From an archaeon (GTDB lineage Archaea; Nanobdellota; Nanobdellia; Woesearchaeales; UBA9642): 64,000 nt of DNA. The stretch is taken from the NCBI GenBank assembly GCA_043806035.1, contig JAZDHK010000023.1, positions 21,877-85,876 on the forward strand, in the 5' to 3' direction. The translations under genes and the position numbers were made by a program. Below are positions 8,501-17,145 of the stretch, in pieces; position 1 is the first letter of the stretch; each line of letters opens with the position of its first letter. The notes below the pieces were generated by a model. The model was not told the DNA's origin. It did not search any database and saw nothing but the letters and a program-made list of their open reading frames with translations.

Positions 8501-8554
8501 GACGTGAGGAACAAACTTTTTAAAGCATCGCGGAAGAGCAGCAGGAGAGGTGTT

Positions 8555-11500
8555 GCTTTGGGATATGATTTCAAGCACATAGAGGAGCAGGTGGGCAAGC
8601 ACTGGCAACAGCACCAGAAGGAGATAGATGTACTGCTCAAGTACAATCCCGAGAAAAAACTGTATTCCTGGCTGGAAGGACCACCAACAGCAAACGCCCC
8701 TCCTGCGCTGCATCATGTCGAAGTGAGGGTTTTCAAAGATGTCGTCCTCAGGTTCAAGACCATGCAAGGTTATTCCGTGCCGAGAAAGGGCGGCTGGGAC
8801 TGCCACGGACTTCCCGTCGAAGTACAAGTGGAAAAAAAACTCAAGCTCAAGAGCAAGAAAGACGTCATCACATACGGCGTCCCCAAGTTCATTGAAGCAT
8901 GCAAGAAGGATGTCTTCACGTTCGTCAAGGACTGGAATGACAACACGAAAAAGCTCGGCTTCTGGGTGGACTTGCCTGATGCATACATGACGCTTGCCAC
9001 GCCGTACATGGAGAGCGTGTGGTGGTCGCTCAAAGAGCTCTTCAACAAAAAACTGCTCTATGAAGGATACAAGGTAGTTCCCTACTGTCCGAGATGTGAG
9101 ACTCCGTTGAGCAGCCACGAAGTCGCCTTAGGCTACCAGGACATCGAGGAAAAAACAGTCGTTGTCACGTTCTCCTTGAAGGACAAGCTGCCCGGCATGC
9201 CAAAAGAGAAGGTGCAGTTGCTCGTCTGGACAACAACACCTTGGACCCTGCCAGCGAATGCAAGCATCGCCGTGCACAAAGACATCCCTTACGCACTCAT
9301 CAGCAGTCACGGTACGTATTATGTACTGGCGGAAGAGCTCGTCAGCAAATACTTCAAGCATGCAGAAACGATACAAGTATTTCCTGGAGCTGATCTTGTC
9401 GGCAAACACTATGAGCCGCTCTTCCCCTACTTCACGCTCAAGAAAGGATTCTTCATCATGGACGCGGACTACGTCACCGTCAGCGAAGGCACAGGCCTTG
9501 TCCATCAAGCGTCGGCGTACGGCGAAGTGGACTATGATGCAAACCAGAAAGCAGGTGTCGGCTTCATCCATCCCGTGCTGAAGGACGGCACGTTCAGCGA
9601 CGAAATAACTGACTTCAAAGGCATCTTCGTCAAGGACGCAGACCCGCTCATCATTGCAAAACTCGACAAGGACGGCAAGCTCTTCAAAATCCTCGAGTAT
9701 GTGCACAGCTATCCTTTCTGCTGGCGCTGCAAAAGCCCCTTGCTCTATTATGCCATGGACACGTGGTTTGTGAAAGTCAGCGAGTTCAGGCAGCAGCTCC
9801 TCGCAAAAAACCAGGAAATCCATTGGTATCCTGATTCTGTCAAGGATGGCAGGTTCGGGAATTGGCTCGAGGGGGCAAAGGATTGGGCATTGTCCAGGAA
9901 CAAATTCTGGGGGACACCATTGCCCATCTGGATATGCAATGTCTGCAAGCACCAAGAAGCGATAGGCAGCATCAAAGAGCTCGAGGAAAAGACAGGAGCA
10001 AAACACATTACTGATCTGCACATCATGTCTGTCGATACCTTGACCATGCCTTGCCCCGCATGCGAAAAGAAAGGAAAGCACACGACGATGCGACGAACTC
10101 CCGAAGTCATCGACTGCTGGTATGATTCCGGCTCCGCAGCATTCGCACAATTCCACTATCCTTTCGAGAACAAGGAACTCTTCGAGAAACGATTCCCCTA
10201 TGACTTCATCGTCGAAGCAATAGACCAGACGAGAGGATGGTTCTACACGTTGCACGTCCTTGGCGTGCTACTCTTCGACCAGCCTGCCTATAGGAACGTT
10301 GCGGTCGGTGGCCTGCTCTGCGACGACAACGGCGAGAAAATGTCAAAATCGAAAGGGAACATCGTTTCCCCTGAGGAAACGTTCACCCAGTACGGCGTCG
10401 ATGCCGTGCGCTTGGCCATGTGCTCCTATCCTTTGGGTAATCAGATACGCTATGGGCCGAGCGTCTTCAAAGATACGCTTATGCCCTACTTCAACACGCT
10501 CTGGAACTGTTTCATCTTCGTGCAGAACTACTTCAAGAACAACGGGCTGGATGGAAAAATGCAGAGTGACTTGCAGCAGGAGGATCTGTGGATACTCAGC
10601 AAGACAAACACACTTATCTCCACGGTGACGGAAGACCTGGAAAAGCACGAATACAGCCATGCAATCGTAACCATCATGTCCTTCGTCATTGATGACTTCT
10701 CTCGAGGATACATTAAGATGATCAGGGAGCGCACGGCAACAGCGAATAGTGCGGCTGCATTCTCATTGCGATACGTGCTTGAACGCGTCATCCTCATAAC
10801 CGCACCATTCACGCCATACCTTGCAGAATGGCTCTATCAAGACTTCATGAAAGAAGGAGGCATGCCCTGGAGCGTCCACGTCCTTTCCTGGCCGAGCAAA
10901 GAAGACGACCGTATACTGCCAGATATGGAAAGGCACATGCGGCATGTCCAAGTGCTCATAACGGGAATATTAGGAGCGAGAGAGAAAGCACAGCTCGGCG
11001 TGCGCTGGCCCATCAGCAAAGCGATCATCGACCTGCATGACAATGACGTGCCCATCAAGGACGCATACGCGGCATTCACAGATATGGTGCACCAGCAGAC
11101 GAACGTCAAGGAAATACTTTTTGAGAAGTTCACCGAGCTCGACTATGACTTCAAGCCGAACTATGATGCGCTTGGCAGAGCGCTAGGGGAGCACACGGCA
11201 GACGTCCTTACTGCACTTCCCGCTCAGAAGGGACGCATCCTGAGCGAGCTCAGGCAAGGTAAGGAAGAATTCCTCATTGCAGGCCAACTCATCAAGAAAG
11301 AACACTTGCTCATAACAAAGATTCCCCCAACGCACCTCGTCTACGCTGACTTCACGGAATGCAGTACACTCTACCTTGAAACGACCACGAATGATGCACT
11401 GCTTGCCGAAGGGTATGCGCGTGAACTAACCCGCAGGATTCAGGAGGCGAGAAAGGAACTCGGCCTCAAAAAAACAGACACGCTCGCCAGCGTTGCTATC

Positions 11501-11653
11501 ATTGGAGAAGATCTGGGTCTTGCTCCTTTCTTCGAGGAAATCAAGAAAAAAGTTGGTGCAAAGCAAATTTCTGCAACGCCTTTGCCGCACAAGGACTTTG
11601 CAAAAGTGTTCACGATCAAGCAGAAGACCTTCACCATCAACGTCCAGAAATAA
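8555..11653 (+). CDS. ileS: isoleucyl-tRNA synthetase
   Basis: The product contains KMSKSKGN and P..H..H-like class I motifs, is about 1030 aa, and has an archaeal-type C-terminus. ORF 8354.. runs through MITE copy A, so I place the real start near the TTG at 8555 (GYDFKHIEEQVGKHW). Confidence 0.9.
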   Translation, partial: ALGYDFKHIEEQVGKHWQQHQKEIDVLLKYNPEKKLYSWLEGPPTANAPPALHHVEVRVFKDVVLRFKTMQGYSVPRKGGWDCHGLPVEVQVEKKLKLKSKKDVITYGVPKFIEACKKDVFTFVKDWNDNTKKLGFWVDLPDAYMTLATPYMESVWWSLKELFNKKLLYEGYKVVPYCPRCETPLSSHEVALGYQDIEEKTVVVTFSLKDKLPGMPKEKVQLLVWTTTPWTLPANASIAVHKDIPYALISSHGTYYVLAEELVSKYFKHAETIQVFPGADLVGKHYEPLFPYFTLKKGFFIMDADYVTVSEGTGLVHQASAYGEVDYDANQKAGVGFIHPVLKDGTFSDEITDFKGIFVKDADPLIIAKLDKDGKLFKILEYVHSYPFCWRCKSPLLYYAMDTWFVKVSEFRQQLLAKNQEIHWYPDSVKDGRFGNWLEGAKDWALSRNKFWGTPLPIWICNVCKHQEAIGSIKELEEKTGAKHITDLHIMSVDTLTMPCPACEKKGKHTTMRRTPEVIDCWYDSGSAAFAQFHYPFENKELFEKRFPYDFIVEAIDQTRGWFYTLHVLGVLLFDQPAYRNVAVGGLLCDDNGEKMSKSKGNIVSPEETFTQYGVDAVRLAMCSYPLGNQIRYGPSVFKDTLMPYFNTLWNCFIFVQNYFKNNGLDGKMQSDLQQEDLWILSKTNTLISTVTEDLEKHEYSHAIVTIMSFVIDDFSRGYIKMIRERTATANSAAAFSLRYVLERVILITAPFTPYLAEWLYQDFMKEGGMPWSVHVLSWPSKEDDRILPDMERHMRHVQVLITGILGAREKAQLGVRWPISKAIIDLHDNDVPIKDAYAAFTDMVHQQTNVKEILFEKFTELDYDFKPNYDALGRALGEHTADVLTALPAQKGRILSELRQGKEEFLIAGQLIKKEHLLITKIPPTHLVYADFTECSTLYLETTTNDALLAEGYARELTRRIQEARKELGLKKTDTLASVAIIGEDLGLAPFFEEIKKKVGAKQISATPLPHKDFAKVFTIKQKTFTINVQK

Positions 11654-11683
11654 TGCAGGATTTCCTGCACTACTTTTATATAG
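11654..11683 (+). promoter_or_regulatory. hairpin TGCAGGAtttCCTGCA (ileS terminator-like) followed by TATA-like TTTTATATAG about 23 nt before the exonuclease ATG
   Basis: A perfect 7-bp inverted repeat is followed by an AT-rich box, and the spacing fits a leaderless archaeal promoter. Confidence 0.4.
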
Positions 11684-11705
11684 TACCTTGCCCTCATGCA
11701 GGAGT

Positions 11706-12275
11706 ATGACGTATTTTGTCATCGATGTAGAAACCATCCCTCTGGACATGCAATTGCATGCATCGCTGTCGGAGGAGGACAGGAAAAAGCTGCTCAACCC
11801 TATTGATTCTCGCATCATCGCCATAGGACTAAGGACGAAAGGGAAGAACATCATCTTCCAAGGGGAGGATGAACAAGCCCTGCTTTTCGACTTCTGGAAA
11901 CTGTGGAAAGAGCTCAAGCCGAACATGCTCGTCAGGGTAGTTGGCTTCAACCTCGTTGATTTTGACATTCCGTTCCTCGTGGCGAGAAGCTTCATTAATG
12001 ACGTTGCCATAGTGCCGTTTTCTGTCAAGGAATTGCTCGACCTTCGCGACAAGATAAACGCATACAGGTATGGGCACAGCAGGGGAAAGCTCAAGGAGTA
12101 TGCAGTATTGCTCGGCCTGCCGGTCATGGACGTTGATGGCAGCGACGTTGCGCGATTGTGGCAGGATGGCCAGCACGAGCTCATCAGGGCGTATTTGGAG
12201 AGAGACTTAGAAATTACGGATGCACTCTACCTCAGAGCTGTCCGCCTCGGCATTGCAGACATCTCAAGATTCTAA
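11706..12275 (+). CDS. predicted 3'-5' exonuclease, RNase H-like/DEDD fold (PolB-exonuclease-related)
   Basis: The motifs FVIDVETIP, RIIAIGL and GFNLVDFDIPFL are present. Confidence 0.55.
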   Translation: MTYFVIDVETIPLDMQLHASLSEEDRKKLLNPIDSRIIAIGLRTKGKNIIFQGEDEQALLFDFWKLWKELKPNMLVRVVGFNLVDFDIPFLVARSFINDVAIVPFSVKELLDLRDKINAYRYGHSRGKLKEYAVLLGLPVMDVDGSDVARLWQDGQHELIRAYLERDLEITDALYLRAVRLGIADISRF

Positions 12276-12317
12276 AACTATATAAACCACGTCTTCCTGT
12301 AAGCGAGGGGTGATACC

Positions 12318-12512
12318 ATGTGTTGTGAGAAATGTTCGAAAATGGGAGGGTTGCTGTTCTTTCTGTTCGGCATCATCTTCCTGCTGCAAAACCTGAACGT
12401 CTGGAATTTTTGGGGAATCCAGTGGTACACGGTGCTGTTCGTGCTCATGGGCTTGGGCATGATATGCATGGCGAGCTGCAAGGAATGCCAGACGCCAAAG
12501 AAAAAGAAGTAA
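12318..12512 (+). CDS. small two-TM membrane protein
   Basis: The 64-aa ORF is hydrophobic with a KKKK C-terminus and is followed by T-tracts. Confidence 0.3.
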   Translation: MCCEKCSKMGGLLFFLFGIIFLLQNLNVWNFWGIQWYTVLFVLMGLGMICMASCKECQTPKKKK

Positions 12513-12544
12513 TTTTTTAAACTCTTTTTTTTAGTATAGTCAGC

Positions 12545-13000
12545 GTGGGTACGATATCTAAGGAACAGCCGCTTGCCGAGTTGACGCTACGCAAGTACGA
12601 AAAACCAGGCAACCTTACTGATAGGGAGCTTGTGAAGAAACTCTGCCTTTCCCTCGGGTTATTGCAGGCGGGAGACTCTCGCGATGTCATCGTCGATGTG
12701 TTCATGGTCCTGCTTTCGAGAAAGCAGCTTTCCTCTGAGTCAATCGAACAAAAGGTGGTTGAGCAGCGCACATCTCTCAAGCTGCCTCTTATCGGTATTG
12801 CGGGCTCGAATATCAGACGACAGCTCTTGCGCTTGCGGGAGGCGTTCCTTGTCGAGAAGGTCGCGAACGAATACAGAATTGCAGAGAACGCCAAACTTGC
12901 TGATCTGTTCACGGAGAAGATAGAGCGATACGTACTGCCGTCGATACTCGGCAGAATAAGAGAATATTTAACGGAAGCTGATGAGAGGTTCAAAGGATGA
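12545..13000 (+). CDS. hypothetical protein
   Basis: The 151-aa ORF has a GTG start and no recognisable motif. Confidence 0.3.
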   Translation: MGTISKEQPLAELTLRKYEKPGNLTDRELVKKLCLSLGLLQAGDSRDVIVDVFMVLLSRKQLSSESIEQKVVEQRTSLKLPLIGIAGSNIRRQLLRLREAFLVEKVANEYRIAENAKLADLFTEKIERYVLPSILGRIREYLTEADERFKG

Positions 13001-13512
13001 AATGGTCTGTACTACTAATGCTGCTTTTGTTCACCGCTATTTCTTGCAAACAGCTAAACAAAACGCAGTTATTGGATACAACTGCTAAACTTACAGAAGA
13101 TATTGAACGTTGTAACTCACTTTATGATTCATCTCTGAGTTGGGATGGATCAGAAGCAGATAAGTGCAAACTGGTAGTTAAGTTGGCATTTGTTACAAAA
13201 AAAGACGATCCTGCCTATTGTGAAAACACATCTGATATAGATAATTATTATCAACAAAGATTCTTCAAGAATGAATGTTATCTTCACTTTGCTATAGCTC
13301 AGCGTAATGAAAGTTGGTGTGACAAGATGGTCCTTGCTTACTGGAAAAACGAAACAGTTCGATGTAAGATAACTATTGCCAACTTCACCAAAAACTACAC
13401 CTATTGCGATACATTAGCAGGATTGTATGAAACTGCTCCGGGTGGGGGTTCCCATGCGGGTCCATCATTCTCATTAAAAGACACCTGCTATGAAATTCTC
13501 ACTAATTCTTAA
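12997..13512 (+). CDS. secreted Cys-rich putative lipoprotein
   Basis: The signal peptide MKWSVLLMLLLFTAISC ends in a lipobox-like Cys, and the product has 12 Cys. The locus is markedly lower in GC than its neighbours. Confidence 0.45.
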   Translation: MKWSVLLMLLLFTAISCKQLNKTQLLDTTAKLTEDIERCNSLYDSSLSWDGSEADKCKLVVKLAFVTKKDDPAYCENTSDIDNYYQQRFFKNECYLHFAIAQRNESWCDKMVLAYWKNETVRCKITIANFTKNYTYCDTLAGLYETAPGGGSHAGPSFSLKDTCYEILTNS

Positions 13513-13559
13513 TGGTTGCAAGTCATGGCCATTTGATGTGAGATTAGCATAAAACTACT

Positions 13560-14084
13560 TTATTTTTCAAGAGATCTCTTGAGTCTTTTAAACGCCTTCG
13601 CCCGGTGACTGAAGGTGTTCTTCTCAACAAGTGTCATCTCCCCGAACGTCTTGCGCGATCCTGCCGGGAGGAAGAGTGGGTCCCAGTGCCAGCCGTTCTT
13701 GCCTCGTGGTTTGACGACTTTTCCGTGAACGCTGTCCTCAAAGAAAGTGAGCGTGTTCTTGTGCCAGTATCCAATGATGGCTCTGTATGTTATGCGGCTG
13801 CCCTTGCATAATTCGTAGATTTTCTGCGTGCCGAGACGGGTAATCATCCATTTTGCCAACGCCCCAGGAAAGCCGTTGAGCGCTTCCAGCTCGACTGATG
13901 CATCCTCGACGATAATGGTGCCTTTGATGTGCTTTCTTGCCTCTGCAATCTTGTGCGTGATGACTTCCCTGCTGTCAACGCTTTGAATCTCCGGCAGGTC
14001 TATGCTTTTCTGCACGAGATGAGGGATGAGCGCTTTCGCTTCTCTGAATTTCTCTTTCTTCGAGGTGATGAAGGTTATTGCCAT
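13560..14084 (-). CDS. non-canonical purine NTP pyrophosphatase (Ham1/RdgB/ITPase family)
   Basis: ITFITSKKEKFREAK and the overall pattern match the Ham1 family. Confidence 0.75.
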   Translation of the reverse strand: MAITFITSKKEKFREAKALIPHLVQKSIDLPEIQSVDSREVITHKIAEARKHIKGTIIVEDASVELEALNGFPGALAKWMITRLGTQKIYELCKGSRITYRAIIGYWHKNTLTFFEDSVHGKVVKPRGKNGWHWDPLFLPAGSRKTFGEMTLVEKNTFSHRAKAFKRLKRSLEK

Positions 14085-14155
14085 GCTGTTCCCAAGTTGA
14101 GGTCATTTATATGTGTAATGGCAATCCATAAAAAGCAAGGCAGCACTCTTCACGC

Positions 14156-14710
14156 ATGGATCCCGTCTATGACCCGCAGGAGGACTCCCAGCTAATCAAG
14201 TGCTTCATCCCCCTGCTACTTGAAGACACGCCTGGTGCTCTAGTTCTCGATATGGGCACGGGCTCAGGAATTCTCGCCGAGCACGCCACGTACTCTGCAG
14301 GAAAGATTATCGCTGTCGACATAAACCCTGCAGCAATCGATGCAGTCAGAGACCTCGTCGCTGAAAAACAACTTAAGCAGATCGATGCGCGAGTGAGCGA
14401 TTTCTTCTCGAACGTTCCCGAACAATTTAATCTTATCATCTGCAATCCACCCTACCTGCCAGCAGACCCGTACCTTCCAGATCCCGCGCTCGATGGTGGG
14501 CGAGAAGGGCATGAATTCATCGTGCGGTTCTTGCACGAGGCGAAACAGCACCTTTTGCCGAAAGGTAAGATATTGCTGCTCTTCAGCAGCCTCAGCAATA
14601 AAGAAAAAATCCTCGCGGCCTGCGACCAGATGCAGTATGCCTATACGGAGCTTGCTGCCGAACCGTACTTCATGGAAACGCTGTATGTTTACGTCTTGTG
14701 GAGGGCATGA
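14156..14710 (+). CDS. HemK/Mtq2-type protein N5-glutamine methyltransferase
   Basis: The SAM motif LDMGTGSG and the catalytic NPPY are present. Confidence 0.7.
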   Translation: MDPVYDPQEDSQLIKCFIPLLLEDTPGALVLDMGTGSGILAEHATYSAGKIIAVDINPAAIDAVRDLVAEKQLKQIDARVSDFFSNVPEQFNLIICNPPYLPADPYLPDPALDGGREGHEFIVRFLHEAKQHLLPKGKILLLFSSLSNKEKILAACDQMQYAYTELAAEPYFMETLYVYVLWRA

Positions 14711-15291
14711 TGGAATTCTTGGCAAAAGGAAAGCGAGGTGTCGTGCATCGTCTCGTGTGGAAAGGAAAGCAGGCAGTAATCAAGACGAAACGGGAAAGTT
14801 CTGCAGTTGATACATTAGTGCATGAGGCGAACATGCTACAATTAGTGAATACACGCAGTATAGGCCCGCGCTATTTTGCGTTCGAGAACGGCTTGATCAT
14901 GGAATATGTCGACGGGCAACGCCTTGACGACTATGTCAGAACGCATCCTGCTCGCACTATATGCACGACACTCAGGACAATCCTCAGACAGTGCAGGACG
15001 CTCGATAAGCTGCGTCTGAACAAGTTTGAACTGCACCATCCGCACAAGCACGTCATCATTACAAAGAAGGGCCCAGTCATGATTGATTTTGAGCGATGCC
15101 GATTCTCAGAGCATCCGAAGAACGTGACGCAGTTCGTGCAATTCCTCACTTCGACCGCATTCGGCGGATTGCTGCGCAGCAGAGGCGTACATGTTTCTCC
15201 TGATGTGCGCGAGCAGGCGAAGCAGTACAAGAACACATATGCTGAGGCGCCATGCAAACGCATGCTCGATGGTATTCATACACGAGCTTAG
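14698..15291 (+). CDS. small Bud32/RIO-like atypical protein kinase
   Basis: The Gly-rich loop GKRGVV..K and the approximately 197-aa length fit. The ORF overlaps the preceding methyltransferase gene. Confidence 0.5.
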   Translation: MEGMMEFLAKGKRGVVHRLVWKGKQAVIKTKRESSAVDTLVHEANMLQLVNTRSIGPRYFAFENGLIMEYVDGQRLDDYVRTHPARTICTTLRTILRQCRTLDKLRLNKFELHHPHKHVIITKKGPVMIDFERCRFSEHPKNVTQFVQFLTSTAFGGLLRSRGVHVSPDVREQAKQYKNTYAEAPCKRMLDGIHTRA

Positions 15292-16217
15292 GTGTCTGGT
15301 GCGAAGGGCAGGATGTACTGCTGCTTGAGCAGCTTGATCATGAACGTGCACTCAATGACTTCCCGCATGAGCTTGGCAGAGAGAATGAGCAGTGTCCTGA
15401 TCTCCCCTTCCATCTTTGCCTGCCGCAGCTTGACGAGCTTCTCGCGTATCTCATAGACGTTCTTGATCTCGGCTTTTCCCATGAAGAACAAATACACTTC
15501 CTTCAAGAATGCGTTCGTATCCACGAGCATGGCCAGCTCTTCCTTGGACATTTTCTTCTTGAGCGCATACCTCGTCATGCGGACGTACGCGTCCCCAATA
15601 GCATCGAGCGTGGAGAGCAAGTAGAAATAGCTGTTCGTCTCCTCTAAGCCTCCATGGCCTGACTGGTTCAGGAAGTAGATACAGAGATTAGTGTGCCTTC
15701 GTAGCGTATAGCGTTGCTCGATGAGTTCCTCGAGGCCTTTGCGATCGTTTGCTTTTGCCAGTCGTGCGAGCTCCTGGCTTTTGAACAGGAGGATGTGGAA
15801 TGCCTTGTTGAAAATGCTCTCGAAATCGTGGCTTTCCGCTTCGGCAATGTTCTCGATGACGATCTTGTCGTTTGTCTTTTCGAGCACGATGAGTCCGAGG
15901 CACATGTCCATGCTGCCCTCGACGAGGGGAATTTGCGCTTTCGTGCATTTCAGCGTGAGTCTTCTGAATCCTATCTTGTAGGCTGAGGCGAGCAGTCGTT
16001 TTCTGAGAAATCGGTCGGGGAAGTTCTTGATGTCCAGCGTGAGATTCTTGTCTGTTCTCTCTTGAGGGCGGATGAGCAGGTCCTTCTCTTTTCTGATGAT
16101 GTCGACGCTGTCCCCCTTCTTGAGCTTGAGATGCTCCAGCCAGTCGGAGGGAAGGCTCACGACGAGTGTCTTGTTTGCCAGCCTGATGAGTTTGCGTTCC
16201 ATGGGCAAGGGAAACAT
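15288..16217 (-). CDS. AbrB/SpoVT-domain plus PhoU-like domain transcriptional regulator
   Basis: An N-terminal swapped-hairpin KLIRLANKTLVVSLPSDW...KKGDSVDI is followed by C-terminal helical PhoU-like repeats. A paralogue lies at 52160..53026. Confidence 0.55.
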   Translation of the reverse strand: MFPLPMERKLIRLANKTLVVSLPSDWLEHLKLKKGDSVDIIRKEKDLLIRPQERTDKNLTLDIKNFPDRFLRKRLLASAYKIGFRRLTLKCTKAQIPLVEGSMDMCLGLIVLEKTNDKIVIENIAEAESHDFESIFNKAFHILLFKSQELARLAKANDRKGLEELIEQRYTLRRHTNLCIYFLNQSGHGGLEETNSYFYLLSTLDAIGDAYVRMTRYALKKKMSKEELAMLVDTNAFLKEVYLFFMGKAEIKNVYEIREKLVKLRQAKMEGEIRTLLILSAKLMREVIECTFMIKLLKQQYILPFAPDT

Positions 16218-16318
16218 TTTCTCTTTTAAAAATATTACTGTTTTATATATTGTTATATACTCGTATAAGATTACGGTGCGACGAAACCATTATTAACTCT
16301 GTTGCTCTTTTTCAGTTT

Positions 16319-16630
16319 ATGCCGACAAAATTTCAGAAAAGAGTCTATGCCCTCTGCAAAAAGATTCCTCGAGGAAAAGTCTCGACTTACGGTGCTCTTG
16401 CGAAGAAACTGAGAAGCAGCCCAAGGGCTGTAGGCCAGGCACTGGCGTGCAACCCGTATGCACCCGTCGTCCCCTGCCACAGAGTCGTGAAGAGCGATGG
16501 TTCTATTGGGGGATTCAATCATCACACAACAGGAAGAGATATTCAACGGAAGATTGCGCTGCTGAAAAAAGAGGGAGTTGGCATCAGTGCATACAGCGTT
16601 CTTCAGTTTGACAGGAAGTGTCAGAGATGA
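16319..16630 (+). CDS. ogt: methylated-DNA-protein-cysteine methyltransferase
   Basis: The active site PCHRVV and the HTH are present. The start is taken at MPTKFQ. Confidence 0.85.
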   Translation: MPTKFQKRVYALCKKIPRGKVSTYGALAKKLRSSPRAVGQALACNPYAPVVPCHRVVKSDGSIGGFNHHTTGRDIQRKIALLKKEGVGISAYSVLQFDRKCQR

Positions 16631-17145
16631 AAACTGAAGTGACACTGGAACGATTGGAAGAATTCACTACAGCTCTTGAACGAGGCAATGTGCCCTATGT
16701 GGTTATCGCAGGATTTGGTCTCGATGGAAAAAGAGGGCTGCAAACCAGACCACATCAGGATCTTGATGTACTTTGCTTAAAGAAAGACAAGGACAAAGTG
16801 GATACGATACTTTCTTCTCTCAGATATGCAGGTCCACTCATGAATGATACCTATAAACTGAAACGTTCAGACGGGAGCAAAATAGATCTCACCTTTCTTA
16901 CTGAAGAAGGAGACGACCTTATTTCCTACGGGAAGACACACATAACTCGTTTTCCAAGACAGATGTTTTCTCCACAGAAAGCACATATTGGAACGGTATC
17001 GTTCAGTATCGCACCAAATGAACTGCTCTATGTGTGGGGAAGAGACTGTCCGAAAGGGGATGATGCGAACTATGCAAAAACGTTACCCATTGATGAACAA
17101 ATCGTGAGTCGTATCAGTAGACAAAAGCAAGATCATCCTTTATAG
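16618..17145 (+). CDS. nucleotidyltransferase-fold protein resembling Lnu/ANT(2'')-type
   Basis: VVIAGFGLDG...HQDLDVL resembles the GGWGVDAL...HxDxD core of lincosamide/aminoglycoside nucleotidyltransferases. Confidence 0.45.
   Translation: MSEMKTEVTLERLEEFTTALERGNVPYVVIAGFGLDGKRGLQTRPHQDLDVLCLKKDKDKVDTILSSLRYAGPLMNDTYKLKRSDGSKIDLTFLTEEGDDLISYGKTHITRFPRQMFSPQKAHIGTVSFSIAPNELLYVWGRDCPKGDDANYAKTLPIDEQIVSRISRQKQDHPL

Noticed and set aside
8354-8554. The N-terminal 67 codons of the six-frame ileS ORF (MLWSADVRGLVEKVHLAQSFEQTAIAIALE...)
   Set aside because: This stretch is a translation of the MITE. The same peptide appears antisense at 29429..29671. IleRS homology begins at GYDFKHIEEQVGKHW, so the start is probably the TTG at 8555.
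9128-10255. Long antisense ORFs inside ileS (9128..10255, 8480..9118) and similar shadow ORFs opposite trm1, amrS, acdA, the GHKL gene and the lgt/GH region
   Set aside because: They overlap well-supported genes on the other strand, have no motifs, and have biased composition typical of shadow frames.
11426-12184. 252-aa minus-strand ORF, Ser-rich
   Set aside because: It has low complexity and overlaps the ileS 3' end and the DEDD exonuclease gene entirely.
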